64,000 bases of DNA from Epithemia pelagica (taxonomy: Eukaryota; Protista; Bacillariophyta), in contig OX337231.1 in the NCBI GenBank assembly GCA_946965045.2, positions 2,542,001 through 2,606,000 on the forward strand. Direction: 5' to 3'. The notes under the pieces are model-generated. The model searched no databases. It was given only the letters and a program-made list of their open reading frames with translations, and was not told the origin of the DNA. This document shows positions 10,242-21,163 of this stretch, piece after piece. A program made the translations under genes and the position numbers. Positions within the stretch are counted from its first letter, which is position 1, and every line of letters starts with the position of its first letter.

Positions 10242-12605
10242 TCATATTGTCTTTTGTTTCTTCCTTTTCTTCCTTTTGGCTTTTTTCTTTGCCGTTTCAT
10301 TGCGGTTGTGAATGGCCCTATCCCCACTCTCACCGCATGGCAAACCTGTCTGTTCTTGTTGTCGCGTTGGATGCTGTTCTGGACTTTGGCACTCACGACA
10401 AAAGCCCAGGAGACGGTTTTGGTAGGCAAAATGTTGCAACAGCGTAATGGTGGCCGCCGCATGGTCCAAACCCAATGGGTGTGAAGTCGCGGGACTGGAT
10501 GGTACAATCGCGCACGGCAGCATGGGAATGTGGACTCGGTGGCAAGCCTCCCAGATGGATGTCTGAATGGAACAAGTCCAAGATGACCACGACGACGACT
10601 TTGATGATGATACGCTGGAATCCTGGTCACCATTCAGGGCTATCAAGGCGAGAACCGAATAGGACGACGAGCTTGACGATGCGTCCTTTTCCATGTTGTC
10701 TTTGGAGTAAAAATAGTCGGAGAGACAAGGCCTCTGTTGTACTGCAACCTTTCCATTTGCGTCATTGTCATCAAGGTTGTGTGAATGGATCAGATCCAAT
10801 GCAAAACACTGCGATGATTTCGAGGTTTTTTCAATGTCGTGGATCAAAGGTTCCATCGTTTGCATCGTAGGTGAGGTAGATGGTGTTTTGGTGCATCTTT
10901 TGGATGACGGGGCCGCCAATTGTTCTTGCAACACGTTCAAGATTTGATATTCGGACGGTGCCGCTTGATGTTTTTTCGCCATGGATTGGACCAACGATTT
11001 TTGGTCGAGGGTCAACACGACCTTGTCGCGAAACACAAGCGTCAACTTGACTTGAAGCATTGCTGCTACCCCAGATATGGATGGTTCGACACGGTCGTCC
11101 GACGCCAGAGTCGTCGGGCTGCTCTGAGTGGCCACCAATCGAGACCGCCAGAGACCCGTCACTATGCAGCGAACCAACGACCACAAGAGTCGACTGCGAG
11201 ATTCCAAGTCCGTCGTCACTTGTGGACTGTCGAGAGGAACCAAGAGAACGACATGCAACACTGGACCGCCAAGTGGTGAGGTTGTCGTTGTATGCGAGGA
11301 CAATCGGCGAGAACCGTCACTTGCATCCTGCGCGACCAGTTGGGTGGTTTCCGGACGGACACGTTTTCGTTTCGTGGTTGATGCATTGGTTGGTTGTTGC
11401 TGCTGTTGCTGCTGTTGTATGACCAGTGTTTGGAGGGCCGGTCCCAACATGCCTTGACTCTCATGAAAGGCCACCAGGGTCAAGATTTTACTGGTAAATT
11501 CGGCCACGGGTCCCAGCCTTACCGGTACCACGGCAATCTCGTGTCGTTGACACACGGTACGAAGATTGGTGGTCTCGACCCGTGTCATGTCTCGGACGCC
11601 TCCCAAAAACAAACACACACAACATGATGACGAGGACGCCGAGGGATGCCGATGGAGGGTGGTTGTGTCTTGTTGGGTTGGTTGGTAGGGATTCCAGTAG
11701 GGCAATTCGGCCATGCTGGATTCATGCAAGGTGGCAGCCAAAATAGAGTGTCTGGTTTTGCTTGGAGTTCCTTCTTGTGGTGGCGGCTGCATGCACAGTG
11801 GTGGGGCAAAGAGCAATTGCTCGAATACCTTTTGAAGTGCATCATCCTTTTCCTTTTGGGCTTTCTTCTTTTCGTTGTGGTCGTCGTTCGAGGATCCAGC
11901 CACCTGATTCTTCTTGTTGTTGTGTTTCTGTTGTTGGGCGGTAGAACAAGTCTTTTGCCACTGATACCAAATGCGCAGCAACTGGGTTCGATTGACTTTT
12001 CTCAAGGCCACGGAAGAGGACGCATTCAAATTGTGTTGACGAAGAAAGTCCATGGAACACTGGTTCTGTAAGAGATGCAACAATTCTCGTTTATTACTCT
12101 GGTTCGGTTTGCTGTTGCTGCTGTTGTTGTTGTTCTTGGTGATGGTACTTTGCGGGTTGTCGCCAGCTGCAGAAGACTGACGAACCAAGCAACAGACAAG
12201 TCCTCCCTGCGAGACTACCGCTGTTTCGTCCTTGGACAATGCGGCTTGTTTCCATAGCGATACCAGCGTTCGTTCCGTGGGAATCACTGGTTCTGCCGTG
12301 GAGTCATTGGTTTTTCTGGGCAAGTCGTCGTTGTACATCATGTGGATACAGGCCAAATCTTGGTCAAAGAGCAAGGTCAATTCTCGTTGTCGTTGCTGTC
12401 GTCGCCTGGTTTCGGATGGTCCAAACAAAAAGGCCGCCACCATGCGGACCAAGGCATCTCGCCGTGACCACCATTGGGTTTCGTCACGGTCCGGTTTGTA
12501 GTGCGTCGCATCACCTCCCGGACCACTCACCAACAAGACGACTCGGAGCCAAGCACAAGAAGCAGCAGCAGAAGAATCATGACGCCGACCAGGCGTCGTC
12601 GTCAT
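10242..12605 (-). CDS. 787-aa protein with two putative TrmY-like SPOUT methyltransferase domains
   Basis: RRDALVRMVAAFLF and LWSLVRCIVTGLWRSR resemble the TrmY N-terminal RxDxLxRxV motif. LFLGGVRDM...VRLGPVAEFTSKI resembles the SPOUT knot. The ORF is secure; the family call is tentative. Confidence 0.5.
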   Translation of the reverse strand: MTTTPGRRHDSSAAASCAWLRVVLLVSGPGGDATHYKPDRDETQWWSRRDALVRMVAAFLFGPSETRRRQQRQRELTLLFDQDLACIHMMYNDDLPRKTNDSTAEPVIPTERTLVSLWKQAALSKDETAVVSQGGLVCCLVRQSSAAGDNPQSTITKNNNNSSNSKPNQSNKRELLHLLQNQCSMDFLRQHNLNASSSVALRKVNRTQLLRIWYQWQKTCSTAQQQKHNNKKNQVAGSSNDDHNEKKKAQKEKDDALQKVFEQLLFAPPLCMQPPPQEGTPSKTRHSILAATLHESSMAELPYWNPYQPTQQDTTTLHRHPSASSSSCCVCLFLGGVRDMTRVETTNLRTVCQRHEIAVVPVRLGPVAEFTSKILTLVAFHESQGMLGPALQTLVIQQQQQQQQPTNASTTKRKRVRPETTQLVAQDASDGSRRLSSHTTTTSPLGGPVLHVVLLVPLDSPQVTTDLESRSRLLWSLVRCIVTGLWRSRLVATQSSPTTLASDDRVEPSISGVAAMLQVKLTLVFRDKVVLTLDQKSLVQSMAKKHQAAPSEYQILNVLQEQLAAPSSKRCTKTPSTSPTMQTMEPLIHDIEKTSKSSQCFALDLIHSHNLDDNDANGKVAVQQRPCLSDYFYSKDNMEKDASSSSSSYSVLALIALNGDQDSSVSSSKSSSWSSWTCSIQTSIWEACHRVHIPMLPCAIVPSSPATSHPLGLDHAAATITLLQHFAYQNRLLGFCRECQSPEQHPTRQQEQTGLPCGESGDRAIHNRNETAKKKAKRKKRKKQKTI

Positions 12606-13288
12606 CCTCCTTGCAGTATCTCCGAGATGAAAAACTTTTCCACCGTGGAGTTAGAAGGACTGTTTTTCCTGTATAACTACTAGAAGTTGGTGTAATGTTG
12701 ATTGCCATTGTCATGCATCCTCTTGATGGTATCCTTTTGCAAAAAAACAAAAAGTTCCCCCCTTCCCCCACTTGTTAAGACATTATAAAGACTCTATAAA
12801 GACTGTCTTTCTTCGTGTCCCGGGTTCAAAACTCTCCATAGACAAAAGACGGAAAGGTTTTGTTTTAGTACGTCGTTTCACTGTCTTCTCTATGTCTTTT
12901 TGTTTCCTTTGCAGGGCTCAAAAGGCACTTCTTTCATTGGCGTAAAATGTCTTCACGACATATTAAACAAAAATACATTTGAGTAAAGGTGTCGTACATG
13001 ACCCATATTCGTGTCTTTATTGGTGTCTCAATCATGAGAGGCGGAATCTTTAGGATCTTTTTTTTTGCTTGCGTATCTTTTGGATCTTCTTGTTTTCGGT
13101 CGTGGTAGAGTAACCTTACGTGTCTTGCCCAATGCCGTTTCCTACAAATCTCCTTTTCCCAGTGTTGTTGTTCCATATCCCATATACGCAACAAGAAACA
13201 AGACGTAGCCATTGAGTGGTAGCAACCAACTTGTACTTTATCCAACAGCAGTAGTATTGCCTCCTTTTCACAGATTCAGTCTCGGAAA

Positions 13289-15019
13289 ATGGATGCCTTT
13301 GTCGTGTCCTTTTATCGTCGCATCTATGCCGATGGTACCATTGACTCGGAAGAGGCGGCCGAATTGAAGGACTTTTTGTCCAATCTCAGTACGTGTCATG
13401 AGACTCACCTCGTTTGACGATTGTGTTGGTTCTTGGTGGTGGTGGTTTCGTTGCAAAACCCTGTGTTCTCTCACATTCCAATCCAATCGTCCATGGATAT
13501 CATTATTTTCTTGAACAGATCCTCCGCCCGACAAAATTTTGTGGATGCGTGCCACAGCCTTTCGCATTGGATGTGAATGTTTGAAAGCTGGTGATCGAGA
13601 CACCAATTTGTCCTTGCTCAAAACCATGAATTGTCTGGTGCATGCGATTGAAACCAATTGTTTGCAACCCAAAGATATGGAACAAGAATCGGAAGTGGAC
13701 AGTGATGCCTTGTGCGAGTTTTATCGGACCGTCTTTACCGATCGTGTCGTGGAAGAAGAAGAAAGTGATGACTTGAAAACGTACTTTGAAACACATGTAC
13801 CAGCACCCTCCTTTTTGGCCAAGGTGCGATTCTTGGCCTTCAAGGTGGCCAGTGAATTCTTGTCATCGTCCGACGACGACAGTACGACCGACGAGGATGT
13901 CAAATTGTTGAAATGTCTCAATGCGGTGGTCCATGCATTTGAAATTACCAGTCTCCAACCCAAACCATTGGTACTCAAACAGGAGGAAGCCGCTCCCCGT
14001 GGTGTCGACTTGTCTTCGCTGTCTCTGTCCGATGCCGTGCAACACTTGTGGAATCTCGATGCCAACCGTCTCGATCCGTCTCGAGATTATTCCATCAACG
14101 TGCAAGGGGTACGACAACACCATGATTCGAAAAGTGCAAGTCGCACTCACACTCACTCACAAGCTGGATTTGTTTGTTTGTTACTTCCTTTGCCTTGTAA
14201 ATTTGTGTGACTGTCATGGCTTCAACATTCATTCGTCTACGATCCATTCAGGGCAAAAAACCATATTGGAAAGACGACAAGGCCGAGGATCCCCTGTTCT
14301 CGTATGTCGATCCCAAAATTTTGCGTCAACGACCCACCTATCAAACCTTTGTTGCCTTGTTGGACAATTATTCACCCTTCACCGGCGAACAAGAATCTTT
14401 CACACGGGCCGAACAGGCCGAAATCAATCGTTTCCTTGGGGCTGTCATGCAAACCAAACCCATGCAGTTTTGTCACCAATATTGTGTGGCTCATGCCGAC
14501 CAATCCGAGCATGATATTCCATCCGATACGGACGGCTTTCAAGCCTTGTTGTATCGGTTGTGGTTTGAATTGTACCGTCGCGAAACCTCTCGTGATTCGA
14601 GTGGCTTTGAACATGTCTTTGTCGGAGAAATTCGCGACAACAAAATTTCCGGCTTTCACAATTGGATTCAATTTTATTTGCAAGAACGACAGGGTCATGT
14701 CGATTATCGGGGTTACATCAAACCCAAGAGTCGCGAGGATGCCCGCCCCGATGACTATGATCATTTGTTGACTCTGCAATTCACGTGGCATGGTGTCACC
14801 AAATCGGTGGGATCCAGTTTTATTGGGGTAAGTCCGGAATTTGAATTTGCCCTGTATACCATGTGCTTTTTGGTCGGTCAGCAACACAATGTGGTCCAAC
14901 TCGCCACGGGCAGTGTCGAACAAGATACCTACGAATTGGATATTGTGTGCTACACCATGGCACGAGGAAAAATTGGAACCTCCTATCCGGAAATCAAAAG
15001 TCATTACGAAGAAGAATAA
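13289..15019 (+). CDS. ENDOU: EndoU/XendoU poly(U)-specific endoribonuclease with duplicated N-terminal helical domain; exons 13289-13388, 13519-14108, 14252-15019 (~485 aa)
   Basis: DSSGFEHVFVGE, GFHNWIQFY and SFIGVSPEFEFALYT are EndoU hallmarks. Splices are GT-AG and in frame. Confidence 0.88.
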
Positions 15020-15115
15020 GTGTCTACACCTTTTATACCAATTTCCCCTGCGAGAAAATAAAAGAGAAATAATAGACAGAATACATTGTACACAGTTACA
15101 CGTCTTCTACTAGAC

Positions 15116-16534
15116 TCACTCCGAAGACGAAGAAGACGACGATACTCCCAACAAGGGTTGATTGGTCGGTCTTGTAGAGGGTGGTCGTCCCATGACAAAC
15201 CCTACTACTTCTTGGACCAGCGCGTCCAATTCTTGAGCATTTCCAAACGAAGCACTTTCGAATCCACCCAAATTACTTTGTGCCACCTCGCGTGCCGATT
15301 CCGGTAGGTCCACTTCATTCAAATTGAATTCAAAGTAGACAGGAGTCAAGTGATTGCCGGGCAAGGAACTTTGCTGAGCTGTTGTTGTTGTTGTTGCTTG
15401 ATCACAGGCACGCAGAAACGAAGCCGAATCGTCCAAGCCATCCTCGTCCATGACAAACAATCGTGTCTTGGCAATGAGTTCAGGATCAAATTTGAGCGCA
15501 ATCAATCGTTCAGTATCCACAGGAGTGGGTGAGAATTCCACACCCAAAGTCCCCATAAAGGTTTCCGCCATGTTAAAGAGTTGATTCATGGTCTCACTTG
15601 TTTGGGAATCTTTTTGTCCCATGGTCGTTCTTCGAGAGTCCGCTCCTCCTTCCCCACTTCTCATTTCTTGTAAGGATTGGGCAAAGTCCTTGGCCATGGA
15701 AATGGTTCGAGCAAATCCATAATTGTTGAATCCAATAAAGCCCATCCCATCATAGTCTTGTCCGGTCGCGGCCACATAAATGGAGGCCAATTTACAGCCC
15801 AAGGAATGGGCCAAACAATATACGGGCAAGGTGGGACTGTACAAGCGTTGGGGATCCTCTTCACATTGCAACAAGGCTCGACGTGACAATTCACCCACTT
15901 GTTTGGCCAATTGAAAGTGATCCAAACTCACGACATTGTAGGGGGCTGTCACAATGGCGGCATTGAGTTGATTGGAAACACGTTCCAAAAATTCCGCATA
16001 CGCCACTTGAGGAAAGGATCCCAATCCGGCGCCACCAACAAAGACAATGATACAAGAGGGCGTACTCAAACTAGGTGGTTCCAACAAATAGACCACGTCT
16101 TTCTCACCCGATTCTTCCTGGTCCCTGTCCTCTCCGTCACGTGGATTCGTGTCATTGTCGTCATCCAGAACCAATCGTGTCCATCGAGATCGTGGTTGTT
16201 CTTGTTGTTCCAATTGACGCAGCTTGTCAAAGCGTTTCAAAGTACTGACAATCCCCGAGGTGGCATCCATGGCATCGTCTAGGGATGACGCAAAGAGAGG
16301 TGGTCCATTGGTAGGTTTTGGAACGGGTTGGTGTCCAGGACGTCCCTGATGCTTCTTTACCCCGCCCTTCTGTCGTGTGGGGAGAAGGGAGTTTGAGTTT
16401 GAAGACGATATGGATGGGTTCCTCCACGATGGGAACGCCGAGAAGGCGGTGACACCCATCCATGATCCATGTAAAGGTCCACCCCCTATCCAACTAAGGA
16501 ACAGTATCATTGTATAAGATTGGAACCACGACAT
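15116..16534 (-). CDS. DUF1350-like alpha/beta-hydrolase-fold protein, probably plastid-targeted
   Basis: IIVFVGGAGLGSFPQVAY..FLE, LDHFQLA and AHSLGCKL nucleophile elbow. Signal peptide followed by VTA-F transit-type motif. Confidence 0.7.
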   Translation of the reverse strand: MSWFQSYTMILFLSWIGGGPLHGSWMGVTAFSAFPSWRNPSISSSNSNSLLPTRQKGGVKKHQGRPGHQPVPKPTNGPPLFASSLDDAMDATSGIVSTLKRFDKLRQLEQQEQPRSRWTRLVLDDDNDTNPRDGEDRDQEESGEKDVVYLLEPPSLSTPSCIIVFVGGAGLGSFPQVAYAEFLERVSNQLNAAIVTAPYNVVSLDHFQLAKQVGELSRRALLQCEEDPQRLYSPTLPVYCLAHSLGCKLASIYVAATGQDYDGMGFIGFNNYGFARTISMAKDFAQSLQEMRSGEGGADSRRTTMGQKDSQTSETMNQLFNMAETFMGTLGVEFSPTPVDTERLIALKFDPELIAKTRLFVMDEDGLDDSASFLRACDQATTTTTAQQSSLPGNHLTPVYFEFNLNEVDLPESAREVAQSNLGGFESASFGNAQELDALVQEVVGFVMGRPPSTRPTNQPLLGVSSSSSSSE

Positions 16535-16878
16535 TATCGTGAAAATACGTAGTCAGCTTTTGGAAGACCGACGCGTTTGGATTGTGTTTGTGAAACTGCT
16601 TGGTTCCTTTGGATCCCTTTCTACTCCTAAAGAAGAGATCAATGGGATCGATCGACGATGATGTGTTTTGCAAGGAAACACGGAACGATGAATGAGTCCC
16701 GTCCGTGAATTGCGGTCCCGTCCTTCAGGTCTTCCACGTGGCGCGTGATGATTCCGGAGATCGGGCGGGCGGACGGACGGGGGAAAACCATCCATCCGAC
16801 CGAAGCAATGACACTCACAAAAAATGAGGAGGGACACATCCGCATTAGATCCTCCTCCTTCTTCCTCCATTGATTGTC

Positions 16879-19482
16879 ATGACGGCCAACCTCAAGGACG
16901 ACAATCTCTATCTCTCATCCAGTGAAGAAGAAGAAGACAATGATGATGATGATGATCCGAGGAACTGGATGGGTGGACAACCACCACCAAACAATATCCC
17001 GGAACTCAATCCTTCCATGGCGAACATGGAACATGGCACGACGGCAGCAGCCGTCGCAATGAATGCTCAGTCGTCGTCGACACTCTCACAAGAACATCAT
17101 GCTCTGCCTCCAACCCTCCAACAAATCAATCACTTGGAAAACGACGACGACGACGACGCCAACAGCAGCGAGGATGAAGGCGACGAGGACGTCCCTACGG
17201 ATCAGCTCCGCCGCCTCCAATGGAGGGAACGCCACGAAATTCGTAACGTCTTGGATCATATCATGGTGGTAGGAAGTCATCACCGTCACGAAGCCTGGCG
17301 ACTACGAGAATTCAAACGACGCGGTGACAGGGCCATTCCAGTCATGCCCAACACCATGTTTTTTACAGGTCGACGCTATCGTGAAGACAATGAGGACCGA
17401 TATCGAGAAGCCATGGGGCTAACAGGAGAAAACGAGGAAGAGGGGAAAGCAGAAGAAGCGGGAGACGGAGAAGATGCACAAGAACAACAGGAAGAAGAAG
17501 AAACTGCTCAACAACCGAAAGAAGGAGAGGAACCAGCACGAACGGTATCTGCAAGGCAACGTGCAACCTTACAGGAAGACGAGGATCTAAGTACTTTGCT
17601 GGACAGTAGTAGCCACAGTAGTGCTCAATCACTCATGACAAGCACGGACGACGACGATGATGACAGTTCCAGTAGCAGTAATAGCAGCACAGAGGACAGT
17701 GAGATTGTTTCCCATACCAAGAAGAAACGCAAAAGGTCCTCTCCCTCCACTGCCACGTCCCTATCCTCCAAGAGCAATCACAAGAGACGCAAGAGAACAC
17801 TGGAATCCGCCGGCACTACAACTACGGCGACCACTGACTATCCAAGGACGGAAAGCAACACCGCCACAGCTCACGGTCCAAGAACTACATCAACTGCTGC
17901 TGCTTCGCTTGCTCCCTTCAAACGACCTACATCACCCGATCAATGGGAAAAGGAACCGGCAAGGACCTCCAAACGAGCCTCCTCACCCGAGCACTGGAAT
18001 GAAACCAAAACGAATAAGAAAAAGAAACTATTGGAAATACATGTCGAAGATCTGTTGGTCTATGGATTCGGTACATCCTTGGATAGAAGGAGTACCTGGC
18101 CGGATGTGCTGATTAATGCACTCGACCGATCTCAGACCTACGGGTACATTCTGAAAAAAATGGATGGTCAACGAGATGAACTCTATGGCGATGGCATTGA
18201 TCTGAACGAGTTTTATGACCAAAAATGCAGTAGTCGTCGTCACAGGAGCGCCAACCACACCAACAACACTACGGCTGCTACTTCCATTTTCGGTTCCGAC
18301 GGATTCCCGGCAGGGGATCCCTTTTCGAATGTGCAAAAGATCCGTATGTCAACGCCTGCGGGTGGGCTCCAAAGGGACAAGCAGAAGACTGGTGAGAAGA
18401 AGAAGAGAAAACCAAAGAATCCCAACAACGCTGAGAAGATTATGGATCGCGACAAGATCCTTCGTCGAATGGTTCTGCATTGTTGGGAACGAGCCCTCCA
18501 TGCGGTATCCAAAACTGTCACTGTTTCAACCTCCGGAACAGAAGAGGAGAAGCAGCAGGACAATAATGACCAGGAAAAAGAAGATGATGGCGTTGCGTAC
18601 AGCCGTGCCAAGGCCATTGAAAAGTGTCAAGTATTGGGATTGGAACTTTCGACCGAACCCGAAACAGCTACAACTGCAACAGCCTCTGCTCGGTCGACGG
18701 TCGATGGCAACCCCACAACAGCCACTGGACAAGCTGCGGAACAAGAAGATCCTAGTGCGACTTCAATAGCCACTTTCTCGACAGTGGATGGCCACCAACA
18801 ACGTGAACAGGACCCCCTAGCTGCAGGACAATCTCCGTCAATACCTGCTACCGAAGAGCTTACATGTCCTAGTTGTGGCATTGCTGTCTTTGGCTCATCC
18901 CTCGAAAAGCTCAAGGATCACTATTATGGCCGTTCACCAATGAGCGCTTGCACAAGCACCGACGACGAAGACGAGCAAAATGACAAACAACCTGCGCAAC
19001 GTCTTGCTACCCGTGGTTGTTGTTGGTCGTTGATCGAAGAGAAGCAACTGTCTAGGATTCGATCAGTGTTGCAAAATGAAATTCGAGTTCATATTCGTCT
19101 GTTGCTCCGACGTGTCTTTGCTGACATTTCCTTTCGGGGCAACCAAAGGGCTGCGGAGAAAATACTAAATGGTGGTGATGTGGACGAGGAAAATGCGGCC
19201 TTTGTGTCCCAAATGAATGACAAGCAGAAGCTTTTTTGGCGGCGAGGCGAGGTCGCTTCACGATATAGACCACACTTTGGTTCACTTAAATGGCATCACA
19301 TATTGGAAAGTTTGACGAAAATTGTAGAACCGTCGCGTCGCCGTCAACTAAGCAACGATCCTTTGCTTGTTACTGACACTATGCGAATGGAATGGACAAA
19401 ACCACCGATTGTGTTGAATCGGCCAATCATGGACGTTGTATCAAGTCGAATCATTCGGAGATACGGAAGGATACCTAAATAA
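16879..19482 (+). CDS. Hypothetical low-complexity (acidic/Ser-rich, basic NLS-like) protein with a C-terminal Cys/His cluster
   Basis: Single long ORF. CPSCG...LKDHYYG...GCCW may be a zinc finger. Confidence 0.65.
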   Translation: MTANLKDDNLYLSSSEEEEDNDDDDDPRNWMGGQPPPNNIPELNPSMANMEHGTTAAAVAMNAQSSSTLSQEHHALPPTLQQINHLENDDDDDANSSEDEGDEDVPTDQLRRLQWRERHEIRNVLDHIMVVGSHHRHEAWRLREFKRRGDRAIPVMPNTMFFTGRRYREDNEDRYREAMGLTGENEEEGKAEEAGDGEDAQEQQEEEETAQQPKEGEEPARTVSARQRATLQEDEDLSTLLDSSSHSSAQSLMTSTDDDDDDSSSSSNSSTEDSEIVSHTKKKRKRSSPSTATSLSSKSNHKRRKRTLESAGTTTTATTDYPRTESNTATAHGPRTTSTAAASLAPFKRPTSPDQWEKEPARTSKRASSPEHWNETKTNKKKKLLEIHVEDLLVYGFGTSLDRRSTWPDVLINALDRSQTYGYILKKMDGQRDELYGDGIDLNEFYDQKCSSRRHRSANHTNNTTAATSIFGSDGFPAGDPFSNVQKIRMSTPAGGLQRDKQKTGEKKKRKPKNPNNAEKIMDRDKILRRMVLHCWERALHAVSKTVTVSTSGTEEEKQQDNNDQEKEDDGVAYSRAKAIEKCQVLGLELSTEPETATTATASARSTVDGNPTTATGQAAEQEDPSATSIATFSTVDGHQQREQDPLAAGQSPSIPATEELTCPSCGIAVFGSSLEKLKDHYYGRSPMSACTSTDDEDEQNDKQPAQRLATRGCCWSLIEEKQLSRIRSVLQNEIRVHIRLLLRRVFADISFRGNQRAAEKILNGGDVDEENAAFVSQMNDKQKLFWRRGEVASRYRPHFGSLKWHHILESLTKIVEPSRRRQLSNDPLLVTDTMRMEWTKPPIVLNRPIMDVVSSRIIRRYGRIPK

Positions 19483-19573
19483 GAGTTCAAAACTAACTGG
19501 AATCATTCGACGACATAACCCAAATACGAGTTTAAAGCTAACTGAGATACAGTTGTTTGGTAGAACTATGATT

Positions 19574-20857
19574 TCAATCAAACGTCAGCAAGTCCAAGTG
19601 TTCCAAATTACGCAGTTCCTTCGCCATCAATAGAACATGATCTTGTGGAGGTTCTTCGTCTGTCCCCAAAACGACTCGCTCTCCATTTGGATAGTGCTGT
19701 TCGAGCTGCCCATCGGGAAATTCCCACAATATAGAAGCATCGGGGCGGCGTACCGAAAACACATCTGATGAAGAGTAATAGTAGGCCATCACATCCCCTT
19801 GAGTTATTTGAATATCCCCATTTGGAAATCGAATGATCTCCGTTCCGTCGGGCTGAGTTTCTTTTGTAGCTCCATTCCCATACTGAATGATTGGATGTCC
19901 ACGAGGAGAACGAAGATGACGCCGACGTGGTCGTTGTTGTCCTTTCAATGCAGAGACCGGTGCTTGTGAGATTGGCGGACGAGGCACTGGGCCGCGCCGA
20001 CTGTTCGTAGTATCTGGTTCGAAGGAAAACGAGACCGAAGGGAGCGTTCGTGGATTATCACGTCGCTTTTGTCTTGTATCAACCTCTGAATCGGATGAAG
20101 AATCTTCTGAATCGGGAGACACTGGAACCGAACGTTCCCCGGGTGTCATGGCTGGATTTGGTTTCGATGTGGGGGCAAGTCGTGGGGTGCATGGTTCATC
20201 TTCCAAAGTTTTTGTAGGTTTCATTTCAACCTTTTCCTTGATTTCAACGTCTGAAGTTTGAGGGATTGATGTAGAATGAACGCTGCTTTGACTCCTCTGT
20301 TCAAGTTGTCTTTCCAATGAGGCAATCCTGCATTTTTGATCTCGTATAATCTGGTGGAGTGCTTCTTCTCCCTCCAAATATCGATTCAAGGAAGTTTTTA
20401 ATTCTTGTTCAAGGTGATGTACCTTGTCTTCGAGTTTAGCAATGGCATGTCGGTAGGCCTCATTTGCATGGTGCTCTTCGGTTTTGTACTGCTCTGTGAG
20501 TCTTTGGTCGTCATCCAACCACTTAAAGACTGCTGCCCTCATTTTGTTGGCCCATTCACGTGCCTGCTGTCGCGTCTCTTCCGCTTCTTTCCGTGCTTCT
20601 TCTGTAAGGAATTCATCTTTGCGGGCATGTTGTTGCAAGTCTTTGTCGCCAATGCTATGATTGACATATAGAGAGGGTTTTCTGGGAATTGACAGTCCGT
20701 CTCCATGGTCTTGCCGCTGACTCTGTGCGATAGCTTCATGTTTATCGTCTCGACTCCCCGACTGGAAACTATCGAGGAACCCAAGCAGGTCTCCAACCTT
20801 TGCATTCCATTCACTATCAATCCTTTGCGCCTCGTAGGTTCTTGGTGTTGTCGCCAT
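19574..20857 (-). CDS. SAS-4/CENPJ-like protein (coiled coil plus C-terminal Tcp10/G-box domain)
   Basis: C-terminal Gly-repeat beta motifs YGNG..PDG..FPNGD..YYYS..FPDGQLEQHYPNG are typical of Tcp10_C. ATG at 20857. Confidence 0.7.
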   Translation of the reverse strand: MATTPRTYEAQRIDSEWNAKVGDLLGFLDSFQSGSRDDKHEAIAQSQRQDHGDGLSIPRKPSLYVNHSIGDKDLQQHARKDEFLTEEARKEAEETRQQAREWANKMRAAVFKWLDDDQRLTEQYKTEEHHANEAYRHAIAKLEDKVHHLEQELKTSLNRYLEGEEALHQIIRDQKCRIASLERQLEQRSQSSVHSTSIPQTSDVEIKEKVEMKPTKTLEDEPCTPRLAPTSKPNPAMTPGERSVPVSPDSEDSSSDSEVDTRQKRRDNPRTLPSVSFSFEPDTTNSRRGPVPRPPISQAPVSALKGQQRPRRRHLRSPRGHPIIQYGNGATKETQPDGTEIIRFPNGDIQITQGDVMAYYYSSSDVFSVRRPDASILWEFPDGQLEQHYPNGERVVLGTDEEPPQDHVLLMAKELRNLEHLDLLTFD

Positions 20858-21163
20858 GGTGGAAGTTTTCTTTGCGCATTGCGAAAAGGATGTGCGACCG
20901 CACACAAAAGATCGCCCTCCGCTGCATCACGCCGGCATGGATGTCACATCTGTCACACTTACAATACAATAGTGTTTTTAACGCAATACGGTTAGTGAGC
21001 CTGCGCATCCGACGCACGAATGTGCGCCACTCTCGCTCGCTCTCTTTTCTAATGCTTTCATCCTCATTTTTTGCCTCATGGTATTGAAACAGTTCTTCAC
21101 TTGGGAGGCCCGCCAGAAGAGGACGCGTTAATTGCCCCATCAAGGAAGACGATTGAGGAAATT

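Noticed and set aside
12760-13245. AT-richer stretch with TATAAAGAC x2, a CCCGGGTTCAAAAC B-box-like string and a 103-aa minus ORF
   Set aside because: No A-box or cloverleaf, no TIR/TSD pair found by eye, no motif in the ORF. It could still be a degraded TE.
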